Source of the DNA: Octopus vulgaris
Taxonomy: Eukaryota
Length of the DNA: 64,000 nucleotides
Direction: 5' to 3'
Assembly (NCBI GenBank): GCA_951406725.2
Contig: OX597827.1
Span: forward strand, 79,422,001 to 79,486,000
Shown: piece after piece, positions 1 through 11,733 of the stretch
Numbering within the stretch: position 1 is the first letter of the stretch
How the letters are laid out: every line of letters starts with the position of its first letter
Notes under the pieces: model-generated
Seen by the model: the letters and a program-made list of their open reading frames with translations, nothing else
Told to the model about the DNA's origin: nothing
Database searches by the model: none
Position numbers and translations under genes: made by a program

Positions 1-22
1 TCTGGTTTAGAATCATCAAACT
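1..22 (-). CDS. Probable terminal exon E3 of protocadherin gene A (partial, runs off the window)
   Basis: Minus strand reads ttttatattttacag|AG TTT GAT GAT TCT AAA CCA GA. With the phase-1 G from exon 6243-6405 this gives EFDDSKP, which aligns loosely to EYSNYRP of the paralogous E3 exons. Only 22 nt are visible. Confidence 0.5.
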
Positions 23-698
23 CTGTAAAATATAAAATAAAATAAAAAAACTTGTGCTCAAATCGTTGGATTTTAGTAAGATAAAGCATAAAAACTAACA
101 CAATTTGACAGAAATAGCATTTTTGTGTTGGCATGGAGCCTCAAAGGAGAGGTATCAGATGTTGGTTTCAGATTGTTGAATTGTTATAATGCAACTTCAA
201 AGTAATGAAGTTAGATTCTAGAACACATGTTGAAAAGTAAAAAGCATATTTTATATAAAAGAAACTCAGCCAATTCAACACACCATGGAAAAATTTATGT
301 TAAACCAGCATCAACAAATATATTGAAGAGTTCAAGCAACATTAGAAATAGAATCTAACCTATAGATTTTTAATATAAAATCATACACTGGATAGGTTTA
401 TTTTTTGCGTTTATCTTTATCTTATGGCGTCATAAATATAGTAACATCTTTTAGATACCATATGTTCCTAAACTGCCTTTCAATGAAATAGATGGATAAA
501 AAAATTAAAAATTATAATATATTCTACATAAATTTACATCTTGAATCTCTTTTCTGCCTCAGTATCAACTGTGTAGATTTACTAAATTCAAATCTGAGAT
601 TTATGAATCCAGTTAATTACCCTGAGTAAAATTAATTTAGCAAAGTCAAATTATTGCACTTGATGGGTAATGTAATCAGTGCTAGTAATTCTTTGAGT

Positions 699-780
699 TC
701 TTTCTCTCTCTCCTTCTTTCCCTCTCTCTTTCTCCCTCTTCCTCTCTCTCCCCCTCACTCCTCTCTCTTCCTCTCTCTGA
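699..780. repeat. CT-rich low-complexity tract
   Basis: Imperfect (CT)n/(CCT)n run seen directly. Confidence 0.8.
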
Positions 781-919
781 CCTTCATTTAATTAACTTGG
801 GTGCAATATTTCATCTTTACGTTAGCTACTTTTCAAATACATCTAACTACTTGCACACATGCATATTGCTGAATAAAAGTACCCTCAACTCACATTTTAC
901 ATACATGGTGTGCAAGGTA

Positions 920-2100
920 TTTGATGTAATGGTTTTAAAAGTAGTGAGTAAACAAAGGTCATGACATGCCATCACAGAACTTTCAACAAGGTCTTAGACG
1001 TGATGCTGCTGGAAATGTTAAGGTGCTAGAGACAGTTGTTATGCTCTCGATTGTTGAAACGCACAATGGAATGTCATATGTATTTCAACAAGACCGAACA
1101 CCTTCTCACAAAGCCTATATATCTCAAGAATGGATATCAGATCTCTCATGGCAGATAAAATGTTTAGCATAAAAAAATGTTGCCATATGTGCAGGAGAAC
1201 ATAGGGATTTAGAAGTTGCCAACTTTTCAGATGTTGCAAAGTTTGGATGAAATTGTAAGCTGCTAGTGTGAATGTTTTGATTGTTTCAAAGAAACAAAAA
1301 TATTCTAATGTCCACACACTACGAAACTCAATGGGTTCAGAACACTGAGTGATCCTGGAAGATCAATGAGGACCATTGGCAAGGAACTTAAGGTGTTAGA
1401 GTGGACTATCAGAACTGTGGATCATGAGGACATTTGTTACAAGTCATATACTATGGGAAGACTAATTCATGTTGGCAAAGACACAGGAAAACTGTTTGAT
1501 CCCTTCCAAGTGGTTACTTAGCAAGGTTAAAGGCCTCCATAAACATTGTATGCTTTAGTTATTCTCTAATGAGAAAAACTTTGACCAAGACCAAAAGTCA
1601 AACAGGAGAAATGACTGATGGCTATGTATAGATTCTTTTGATCCCCCCCCACCAGGGTTTCCAGTACCTGTAATGGTTTTAATAGTAGTGAGTAATGAAG
1701 GTTATATCATGTTATCACACATCTTTCCAAGGATCTTAGAATTGAAACTTAGATATGTTGAGGTGTTGGAGACAGTTGTTAAGCTCTGGATTGGTGAAAT
1801 GCACAGTGGAAGGTCATACATACTCCAACAAGACTAAACCCTTCTCACAAAACTTGTATAACCCAAGAATGGATGTCAGACAACATTTTCCTGTAACACA
1901 AACTTGAGACCTTCAAACATGCCAGATTTCAATCCTATGAATTACTACATTTGGGGCATGTTGAAAGGCAAACTAATTGACATCCTAACAATGCCATAGC
2001 TTCACTGAAGGCCACCGTTGTCCATATAATGTCCAAAATAAATAAGGGTCATTTAGCTATTCTGATCCTGCATTGAAGCAGTCATTAAAGCTGAAGCCAA
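920..2100 (+). mobile_element. Decayed Tc1/mariner-superfamily transposase relic (two related segments)
   Basis: Fragments YVFQQDRTPSH...SQEW (second catalytic D region) and PDFNPMNYYIWG (SPDLNP-like), broken by stops and frameshifts. Segment ~927-1141 recurs, diverged, at ~1670-1880. Confidence 0.7.
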
Positions 2101-3157
2101 ACTCAGAAAATAATAAGAATGTTTGTTGAGATATGTGCAATAATTTTTATTATAATACATTTTTGCTAGATTACAGTTGTTTTATTAAATTATCTGAATA
2201 TGTCAAGATTTTCATTGAGCCTCACTGAGGAAATGACAAGGAACTGGGAGTTGTGGTGATTTGTTGTACTTGAGAAGACACATCTAGCTAAATAAAATTG
2301 CTGTCATCCATAAATACAGGCTTGTCTTTTACACTGTCAGTGCCACATAAAATACACTCATGCACCCATGCCAATGGTACATAAAAACCATCCAGCACAC
2401 TGTAAAGAGTTGGCCCCAGCTGGCCATCTCCTTACCAAACCATCCAACCAATGGAAAGTGGATATTAATTGATGATGAGGAGGAGGATACTTCTCATATC
2501 CTATACAAATTTCATCTACAGACAAATACAACTCTCCTCACCAGGCTTTTACATTCCTCCACTTAATTACCACTGAAAGCAAGCTTCCAAAAGTATTTAC
2601 ATTGCATATTTAAAGTTTTTACTTATATTGGATACTCAGATATATTCTTGGCATGACAACTGGAATAGTTAATTAGACATTTTTTTAATTAAAATCTTTC
2701 TTAATGATATATAAAAAGGTCAACAAGCTAACATTGAGTAGACACTTTCTAAATTTTGTTATAAATATTAATTTATCACATTGATACATGATAATAAATT
2801 TGTAGGAAGAGTGTGGTTGATTGAATTTACCTTAGAATGTTATTGATATTTGTTTTGTTAAATTGCAGTGGATGAATGGTGAGGTCAGAATGGCAGTATT
2901 TTGGCTAATTAGAAGTTTAGTTAAGTATTAAGTTTTTGGTTCACTTCTCTGTTTTCCTATTCACAACACTCTTGTCATTTTTAATATTTAATATCATTTT
3001 GCTATAATTAAAACATTACATCATATTATTACTTAAATCTTACACAGATTAAATAAATGAACGGCTTGTTTTTCTCAAATTTTGATCTTTAAATCTTCTT
3101 AATTTGCACCATACAGACAAAAACTAACATAAGTACTGACAAATCTACTGCTAATTC

Positions 3158-5635
3158 ATCATCATCATCATCATCATCGTTTAACATCTGCTTTCCATGC
3201 TAGCATGGGTTGGATGATTTGACTGAGGACTGGCAAACCAGATGGCTGCATCAGGCTCCAATATGATCTGGCAGAGTTTCTACAGGTGGATGCCCTTCCT
3301 AATGCCAACCACTCCAAGAGTGTAGTGGGTGCTTTTATGTGCCACCGGCATGAGGGCCAGTCAGGCAGTACTGGCAACGGCCACACTCAAATGGTGTTTT
3401 TTATGTGCCACCTGCACAGGAGCCAATCCAGCAGCACTGGCAATGACTTTGCTCGAATGATTTTTCAAGTGCCAGTAAGGCAACGCCGGTAACAATCATA
3501 CTCGAATGGTGCTTTTTACGTGCCACCAACACAAAAGCCAGTCAGCTGCTCTGGCAACAATCACACTTGGATGGTGCTCTTAGCGCTCCACTAGCATGGA
3601 TGCCACTCATCGAATTTGATTTCAATTTTGATTTCAATTGCCTCAACAGGTCTTTGCAAGCAGACTTTAGTGTCCAATGAAGGAAAGGTACACAAAAATA
3701 GGCTGCTTACACCCCTGGCATAAGCCATGAGGTTATGGTCTCACTTGACTTGCTGGGTCTTCTCAAGCACAGCATATTTCCAAAGGTCTCAATCACTAGT
3801 CATTGCCTCGGTAAGGTCTAATGTTGGAAGGTCGTGCTTCACCACCTCATCCCAGGTCTTCCTGGGTCTACTTCTTCCACAGGTTCCCTCAACCGCTAGG
3901 GAGTAGCACTTTCTCACACAGCCGTCCTCATCCATTCTCACCATATGACCATACAAGCGCAGTCATCTCTCTTGCACACCACATCTGATGCTTCTTAGGT
4001 CCAACTTTTCTCTCAAGGTACTTACACTCTGTCGAGTATGAACACTGACATTACACATCCATCGGAGCATACTGGCTTCATTCCTTGCGAGCTTATGCAT
4101 GTCCTCAGCAGTCATGGCCTATGTTTCACTGCTTGTACACATACGTCATACAGTCTACCCTTTACTCTGAGCAAGAGGCCCTTTGCCGCCAGCAGAGGTA
4201 GAAGCTCTCTGAACTTTGCCCAGGCTATTCTTATTCTAGCAGCTACACTTTCAGTGCACCCTCTCTCACTACTGACTTGGTTACCTAGGTAACAGAAGCT
4301 ATCAACTACTTCTAGTTTTTCTCCCTGGAATGTGGCAGAAGTTGTTCTCTACACATTTTCAGTGTTTATTGCTCCTGACCATCTGCCACATACGAAAACT
4401 ATCTGCCAGTTAACCTTCCTTTGATATTGCTGCACCTCTTCTGTGTCCATAGATTACACTGGGTACATCTTATAGAGTTTCTACCTATGCCTTTTCTACA
4501 GATCGAGCAGGGCCATCTACCTGAAGGGATTTATGGTTTGTCTGCCTTCCTACTTATTAGCTAGGTTGACTCTAAGGCCCTTCGATTCTAATCCTTGTTT
4601 CCACACCTGAAACTTCTCTAGTTCTGATAGTGACTCAGCAATTAGAGCAAGGTTGTCAGCATAGAGGAGCTCCCAAGGGCATCCTGTCTTGAATTCCTCT
4701 GTTATTACCAGGAGGACTATGATAAATAGGAGGGGGCTGAGGACTGAGCCTTGGTGGACCCCTACCTCTACCCGGAATTCTTCACCTTACTGACAGCACC
4801 CCTGTAGATGGCTTGCACAGCTCTCACTAACCATTCATCTATCCCTAGCTTCCTCATTGACCACCAGATAAGGGATCAGGGGACCCTGTCAGAAGCTTTC
4901 TCCATGTCAACGAAAACCAGGTACAGAGGTTTATCTTTGGCTAAGTATTTCTCCTACAGCTGTCTTACTAGAAATATAGCATCGGTGGTGCTTTTCCTTG
5001 GCATGAACCCAAACTGTATCTCATCTAAACTGTCTCTCTCTCTAATTAGTTGGGCTATGACCCTCTCCATGACCTTCATTACCTGATCTAACAACTTGAT
5101 ACCTCTGTAATTATTTGTATCTAAAGCATCACCTTTACCTTTGTAGCAGTTGACTATGGTACTGCTACACTAGTCATTGAGTATGGCTCCTTTGTATATC
5201 ACCTGGTAACTATACAGGTGACTAGGCTATAGCCAACACTGCCAGATATTTTGAGCATCTCTGCAGTGATTCCTGGTGGACCGGGGGCTTTCCCTGTCTT
5301 CATACTCTCAACTGTTTTATCTACCAAGGTACTGTAAACTCAGATAGCTGGTCCCTCTGTTGGGTTGACATTCAGCAGACTCTCTTTCTCCCCTTCATGT
5401 TCTTTATTGAGCAACCTTTCATAGTGGCGTCTCGAAACCTCTCTCTTTGCAGCCTCGTTTAGTGCAAGTGAACCATCATCCACGCAGACACATTTCTCCC
5501 CTACAACATCATGATCCTCTCTCACACACTGTCCTGCAATACAAAATACCTCAAGTCTTTGCTCCTCACGGCACAGAACATTGGCAAATTTTTTCTTATC
5601 TGCTTCCCCTCTGGCTAAATAAACCTGTCTCCTAG
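3158..5635 (-). mobile_element. 5'-truncated RTE-clade LINE relic with 3'UTR and (GAT)n tail
   Basis: Minus-strand RT motifs: FVDMEKA, VGVHQGSVLSPLLF, GCPWELLYADN, LGNQVS, GRGRPRKTWDEVV. (CAT)n at 3158-3177 on plus. Many disablements; same family as 21362, 42196 and 47290. Confidence 0.88.
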
Positions 5636-6242
5636 TTTTATTTAATTCTCAACATTTTCTCATAGAACAGGAACATTTGCTAAATAATGATATTACATAT
5701 TTTAGCCAATTATTTTTAAGAAAATTTTTTACAAATCATTTCACGCAATTCTTTCTTCCCAGAACTGCTGTATTCTGACAGTAGCCTACAGAAGTTCAAG
5801 CTGAGCATTAGCCTCATCCTGTTTCACCAGTCTATGAGAGCTAACAGAATCAATGGATACTGTCAAACCTTAGATTAAATAAAAATATATGTAATATATT
5901 ACAAATGTATATGTTTTGGTACTGAGTGCTAGCAGTCTGATTTGTAAACTTAATCTCTTACATACTGACTCCTATCATAGATCAGGCAGCAGAAGATGTT
6001 AAAGTGCAATGAGAGCTTGTGAATAAACAAATATGAAATATGTTAGATCACCTTAGTACCAAACAAAATTTATTCTTATGAATCTCTAATGCAGTTGTAT
6101 ACTACTCTTGTAGTATCATTATTTTGTATTCTCTTTTTTAACTTTACAATTTTCACATTAATCATTTGAAATTAATTACAACTTAGAGAAATGCTAAAAT
6201 CATACAGAACTCTTAAAAAAAAGAATATAATTCACAAATTAC

Positions 6243-6405
6243 CTGATGTAATAGAAATATCACTGAAATTTCTTGTATATCTTTCATCCCAGGTACTTTC
6301 AGATGGCCATTGGCATGGCAATGTATTACTCATATAATTGATACTCTTAGTAGATATAGTTTCTCCATGCTCATCAGAAGACTCCTTACTTGGCTGATCA
6401 ATAGA
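6243..6405 (-). CDS. Protocadherin gene A cytoplasmic exon E2
   Basis: ttcttttaacttcag|TCT...ACA TCA G|GTAATT; 163 nt, phase 0 to 1, open: SIDQPSKESSDEHGETISTKSINYMSNTLPCQWPSESTWDERYTRNFSDISITS. Shares NTLP...W and the TCAG|GTAAT end with the other E2 exons. Confidence 0.8.
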
Positions 6406-6779
6406 CTGAAGTTAAAAGAAACATTTAGAATGCTATTTTAATTGGTATATTTATTAGGACTCTTTCATAACACTCGGCAACAAAAGTTTTGCTACTACTA
6501 GATGAAATAGAACTCATACATATTTTTGCTCTAGCATGTCCTGTTTTTTTGGGGGTTTTTTTGCTATCATTATTATACTGCTATCAAAATTACAATAGTG
6601 AGAAAATTCATGACAAATAAAATGTTATGTTAAGCATAAATTACTGTTATTTGATTTAAGAACAATTGCAACTAGATGGACAAATAGCTCTAAAACCAAT
6701 AAAACACAAAGCAAAAGTGTGAAGTGAATATTATTAATTTTATGTGTTTTAAAAATAGCTTTGGTGTCTTTTTTTATGC

Positions 6780-8640
6780 TTATGTTGCATGTCCATTTCT
6801 CATTTTAAAACCAGCAGTATTCCATCCGTATGTTTAGTGTAAGTTTGCCACTGTAGTGGCTTTTTAACTCTTTGATTTCTTGATGAAATCATTCACCATG
6901 CTCATCGCTTACATCACCCATATTGGATGGAAAAAAGTCAAGATGAGAGTGGAGAAAATGAATTTTTAGAGACATCTTGCCCTAAGTTGCTTATAAGCTA
7001 TCAAAAATTATTCACAATTGCAATGGAATTAGATGATTTTTCATTTCCCAAAAATTTTTTCCAAGAGAAACAAACTTTTCCCAAGCAGTTTTCTCTACTG
7101 GGTTTAATTTTTCTTGAAAAAGCTCTTCACAAATTACTCTTTTACTCTTTTACTTGTTTCAGTCATTTGACTGCGGCTATGCTGGAGCATCGCCTTTAGT
7201 CGAGCAACTCGACCCCGGGACTTATTCTTTGTAAGCCCAGTACTTATTCTATCGGTCTCTTTTGCCGAACTGCTAAGTGACGGGGACATAAACACACCAG
7301 CATCGGTTGTCAAGCAATGCTAGGGGGACAAACAAAGACACACAAACACACACATATATATATATACATATATACGATGGGCTTCTTTCAGTTTCCGTCT
7401 ACCAAATCCACTCACAAGGCTTTGGTCAGCCCGAGGCTATAGTAGAAGACACTTGCCCAAGGTGCCACGCAGTGGGACTGAACCCGGAACCATGTGGTTG
7501 GTAAGCAAGCTACTTACCACACAGCCACTCCTGCGCCTTAGTGTGTAAATTTCTGGTCCATTAAAAACACCAGATTTGATCTTAGCTTCACACTTGCTAA
7601 AAACAAATTTTTCATCGAGATATTTGAATCCTTCACCGTCTTCATCTATGACCTTAACAAAATTCTTAAACAAGCCAAGTTTAATGTGTAAGGGAGGAAG
7701 GTAAATTTTCTGAGGTCAACTAAAGGGATATATTTAACATTGTATCTCCCTGAAGTGAAATCACTTCTTTTTGGCCACTCTTTTTGGTCATAGTGATGCT
7801 AGTCATCTCTGCTGTTTCAAAGGCACAAAAGCTCTGATGCTTTGTATACCCCATTTACAACCCATGAAGCAAACCAATAACTTTCAAGTTCCCACATATA
7901 TTCCACTTGTGCTCAGAATATTTAATCAAGTGCAAAATTTCATCTAGTGATTCATTAAGTTTCCTTTTATCCTACAGCATGTGCTAGTGGTATTGAAGGT
8001 TTTTGATTGCCATTATGCAGCAAAACAGCTTTTAGACTTACTTTACTGGAATCTATGAAGAATCTCCATCCTTCAGTATTATGGCTGTACCCCATCTCAT
8101 ATAGGAGTCCTTCAACATCACACAAAAACAAATCCCATCTTTCTCTGTAAAAATTTCATGCAATTCTGTATGCCGTTTTCGAAAATACGAGCATTATACA
8201 AAATCGTGTAAAAGATTCCATTGTTTCAACCTGGAACACAGTAGTTCTGACTTTTCTTTTGTTAAACCCAAGTCTCTAACTAAATCATTTAACTCAAGTT
8301 GACTTCATAAATGAGGAACTTTTTTTGAAGATCCTGGTTCATCACAGTGATCTGCTGTATCACTCAGCATGCCTTCAATTGAAGTAGATGCAGCACTATC
8401 TTCACTTAAAATATCTTTGTCAAAAGATGAAAGAGGCTCTGGAATTGGAATATTTTCAACAGCATGAGCAACTGGTTTTAAAGCTGAAGGGCAATCTGGA
8501 TAAACAATCTTGGATTTGTTCTTCTCAGAGAAACTTGTGATGTTAGTTAAGCAGAAATAACAATCAGTTTAGTGGTTTGTTGGTTTGTGCCATATTATTG
8601 GTACTGCAAATGGCATACTTTTCCATTTACCATTGGGTTA
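6780..8640 (-). mobile_element. Decayed DNA transposon transposase, Chapaev3 (CMC)-like, interrupted by a SINE
   Basis: Minus-strand fragments in order: MPFAVPIIW..PTNH*TDCYFC; WRFFIDSSKVSLKAVLLHNGN; PPLHIKLGLFKNFVK...AKIKSGVFNGPEI; then, after the SINE, MSLKIHFLHSHLDFFP..GDVSDEHGE*FHQ. Family assignment is from motif recall. Confidence 0.7.
7141..7538 (-). mobile_element. tRNA-derived SINE with CORE-like segment
   Basis: Minus strand starts aggcgcaggagTGGCTGTGTGGtaag (A box), then GGTTCAGTCCC (B box), then ccttgggcaagtg. Internal (CA)/(TA) run and an (AGTAAA)-like tail. Confidence 0.8.
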
Positions 8641-8787
8641 GTGCTTGAAACTAGGGTAGATATAACTAAAAGTCTGAAAAATATGTTTAGATTTTTGGTA
8701 TATGTTATTGTGGTAATGATGAAAATTTTCTGTACTATTAATTTCATATATCATATGCATGCTGTACATTGTTTGAAGTGGTATCAT

Positions 8788-9098
8788 GTGTGGAGGCACA
8801 TGGCCCAGTGGTTAGAGCAGCGGACTCGCGGTTGAGGGATTGTGGGTTCGAATCTCATACTGAGCAATGTGTGTGTTTATGAGTGAAACACCTAGCTCTA
8901 GGCAGCTCCGGCAGAAGGTAATGGCGAACTTCTGCTGACTCTTTTGCCATAACTTGCCCTCACTCTTTCCTCTTGCATCTTGCAGCTCACCTGCCACGGA
9001 CTGGTGTCCCATCCAGATGGGGAACCTATATGCCAAGGAAACCGGGAAACGGGCCCTTATGAGCCAGACATGGCTCGAGAAGGAACAACAACAAAAAC
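8788..9098 (+). mobile_element. tRNA-derived SINE with target-site duplication
   Basis: A box TGGCCCAGTGG, B box GGTTCGAATC, (AAC)n tail; flanked by direct repeat tggtatcat at 8779-8787 and 9099-9107. Confidence 0.8.
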
Positions 9099-9333
9099 TG
9101 GTATCATATTTCAAAAGTTGGGGTAGAGGCACAGTTGTTAAAAGTTTGAAACTCAGTATTAGAAATAAACACTCTGATTAAGCCTTAAAAATGCATTTAT
9201 ATTTGGAATGTAGTACATGAGATGATCAGGGATTAAATTAATTAAAATATAATGTAAATCTTAAAAAATACAGAATGAGGTTAAAACGTCTGGGAATTTA
9301 AGCTATAAAAGGAATGTTATAAATTTTACCAAC

Positions 9334-11733
9334 CTGTGGAATTGGTGGAAGTTTTCTAGCTGTTGCTGAAAATTTGCCTTCATTGATAGTCTTTTCCATC
9401 TCAGGGTAATAATGACTTTTTGAGCTCATTGTCTGACAATTTCTGTTATATGTGTCTTCTGTATTTCTTGTAAATGTAATAGGGTTGTTAGTTTCATATG
9501 GCATTGGCCTCATCTTAGAGCCTGTCAGGATTTTATGATTATCTGAAGTTGAAGGTGAACTTTTAATGTGATTAATACATCTGAAAACACACATTGTTAA
9601 GCAAACTACAATACCCACAGATAGTATTACTCCTGCTGCCACAATGATTATTACCCAAATTATGTTTAAGTCAGTGCCAGATAAGAGATGGGTTGCAGCT
9701 TGCATTGGAAGTGTATCATTACTAACATGCAGTGTTAGCATGATAACAGTTGTTGCTGATTGAACTGGAGTACCACTGTCTTTCACCATGAACTGTAGCT
9801 CATACGTTCCAGCATCATTTATATTAATTATACGAGAGAATGATAATACCCCAGTGTAAGAATTTACCGTTAGCATGTTTTTATCATTAGATTTTAATAT
9901 TCCATATGTGAGGAAAGCATTGTTTCCAGTGTCTTTGTCAGATGCTTTCAGAATTGTAATGTCCTTTTTACTGTTTGGATGGTAGTGGACATCTAGATTG
10001 TAAGGGTCATTATTAGGAAACGTAAAATACGGAGCATTATCATTTTTATCTAGAATCTCAATAACAATATTGGCAGTGTCATTGAGAGAAGGTGTTCCAT
10101 TATCTTTCACTAAAACCTTGAACTTATAGATGTCTTTCATTTCTCGATCTATTGATTGTGATGTAGAAAAAAATCCATATTTTGTCAGTTGGAAAGGAAT
10201 GTTATCATTGTTGTTATCATTGATGATAGAATATGTAAGTTGGCCTCCATCTCCAAGATCTGGGTCTGTAGCATTGATGAAGCCAATAGGGAAGTCAACT
10301 TTCTGGTTTTCATAGGTGAGGAATTGGAATGTCTCTTTGGTAAAATGTGGCTCTACATCATTGACATCAAGTACTTCAATAGAAAATTGTTTTTCTGATT
10401 TGAGTGGTGGAAATCCCATATCCTGGCAAACAAGTACAATATCATAGCGATCTTTTGTTTCTCTGTCAAGAGGACATTTTGTGGTCATTTTATATTCATG
10501 TGAACCCATTTCAACTATTCCAAAGGTTTCATGTTCCAAATTACAATCAATCTGTCCATTTTCTTCAATATCATTGTCAGTAATTATGACATAAGCTATA
10601 AAACTACTAACTTTAATGTCTTCTAAAAGAGCAGTCGAACTTTCTGACAAAGGAAACACAAAGTCTATATCAATTTTTGGAGCAATATTATGATTGCTTT
10701 CTTTAGAAATCAAAATCACTGTTGTTGAACTTAAGGGAGGTTTCCCTCCATCTTTAGCCTCAACAAACAGCTTGTAAGAGTTTTTGGTATCTATTTTAAA
10801 GTACTCATTTACAAACAATTCTCCAGATGCCTTTTTCAAATCAAAATATTTTCTTATTTCAATTGGTGTTTTGGGACTATAATTAAAGGCAATCTTTCCA
10901 TTTGTCCCTGAATCTAAATCTGTGGCTTCTAAAACTAAAATTGGTTTTGATTTGGGGTGTTTATTCTTTATTGAAATGTTATATACTTTTTGAGAAAATA
11001 ATGGTTTATTATCATTAGAGTCAGTTACAGATATCTGAAAATGTAAAATATTTTCATTTGGTGGTATACCATTATCTTTAGCAATCAGCTTTAACATATA
11101 ATGTTTCTTTCTTTCTCTATCCAGCTTACCTTGTAGAACTATCTCAGGTATGAAAGTCCCATCATAGTCTTTTGAAAGAGACAATGAAAATGGGTCATCT
11201 ATATTTTCCTTCAGTTCATAAGTTATCCTAGAATTCTGAATGGTAATATCTCTATCAATAGCATTTGGAATTGGCTTTTTAGTTCCTTCCCGATCATTTT
11301 CATCAAATTGCAAATTTATTTCACTTTCTGGAAACTCAGGTCCATGATCATTGATGTCTTTTATGATTACTTTGACTTTTAAAATCTTTACATAGGTTTT
11401 TCTTTTCCGAACTGCTATCCTAACAATTTTGAAACATTCTTTGTTGATTGTACACAAAGACTCAGCATCCAGTGTCTGAGTTGTGTAAAGTTTCCCTAAG
11501 TTGGTGACATTAAATAGATGAGAGCCACTTGACACCTTCCTTTGTAATTGTGTAAACGTAACAAGATTGTGTTGTTGATGTTTAAAAAAATGTGACATAT
11601 TAGAATCAGCAGCAATATCTCCTATATAGGCATGAGGGCTGTTTTCTTCATTGATATGGTAGGTAATGTCTAAAGACACAACAGAGAACAGTAGCATGTC
11701 TAGCAAATATAGTGAAAGAATATTTCTTATCAT
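9334..11733 (-). CDS. Protocadherin gene A, large exon (signal peptide, EC1-EC6, TM, proximal tail)
   Basis: 800 open codons. Cadherin motifs DINDH, LDRE, ATDLD, DVND, DKNDNAP; EC1 LDAESLC-x5-C; TM IIWVIIIVAAGVILSVGIVVCLTMCVF. Acceptor tctttTAG at 11778-11780; donor CAG|GTTGGT at the position homologous to the paralogs' donors. Confidence 0.95.

Noticed and set aside
8793-8870. tRNA-like sequence with A and B boxes
   Set aside because: It is the head of a SINE with body, tail and TSD; no convincing cloverleaf acceptor stem.
9298-9333. ORF-track C-termini of the three large ORFs (also 37408-37443 and 53812-53829)
   Set aside because: They begin exactly at paralogous splice donors and are unrelated to each other, so they are intron read-through.
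10130-10398. Plus-strand ORFs (MSF..SRSI.CDVE; MERNVIIVVIIDD) repeated at 38240-38514 and 54626-54900
   Set aside because: Antisense shadows of the homogenised EC5 tract; their conservation follows from DNA identity and is not evidence of separate genes.
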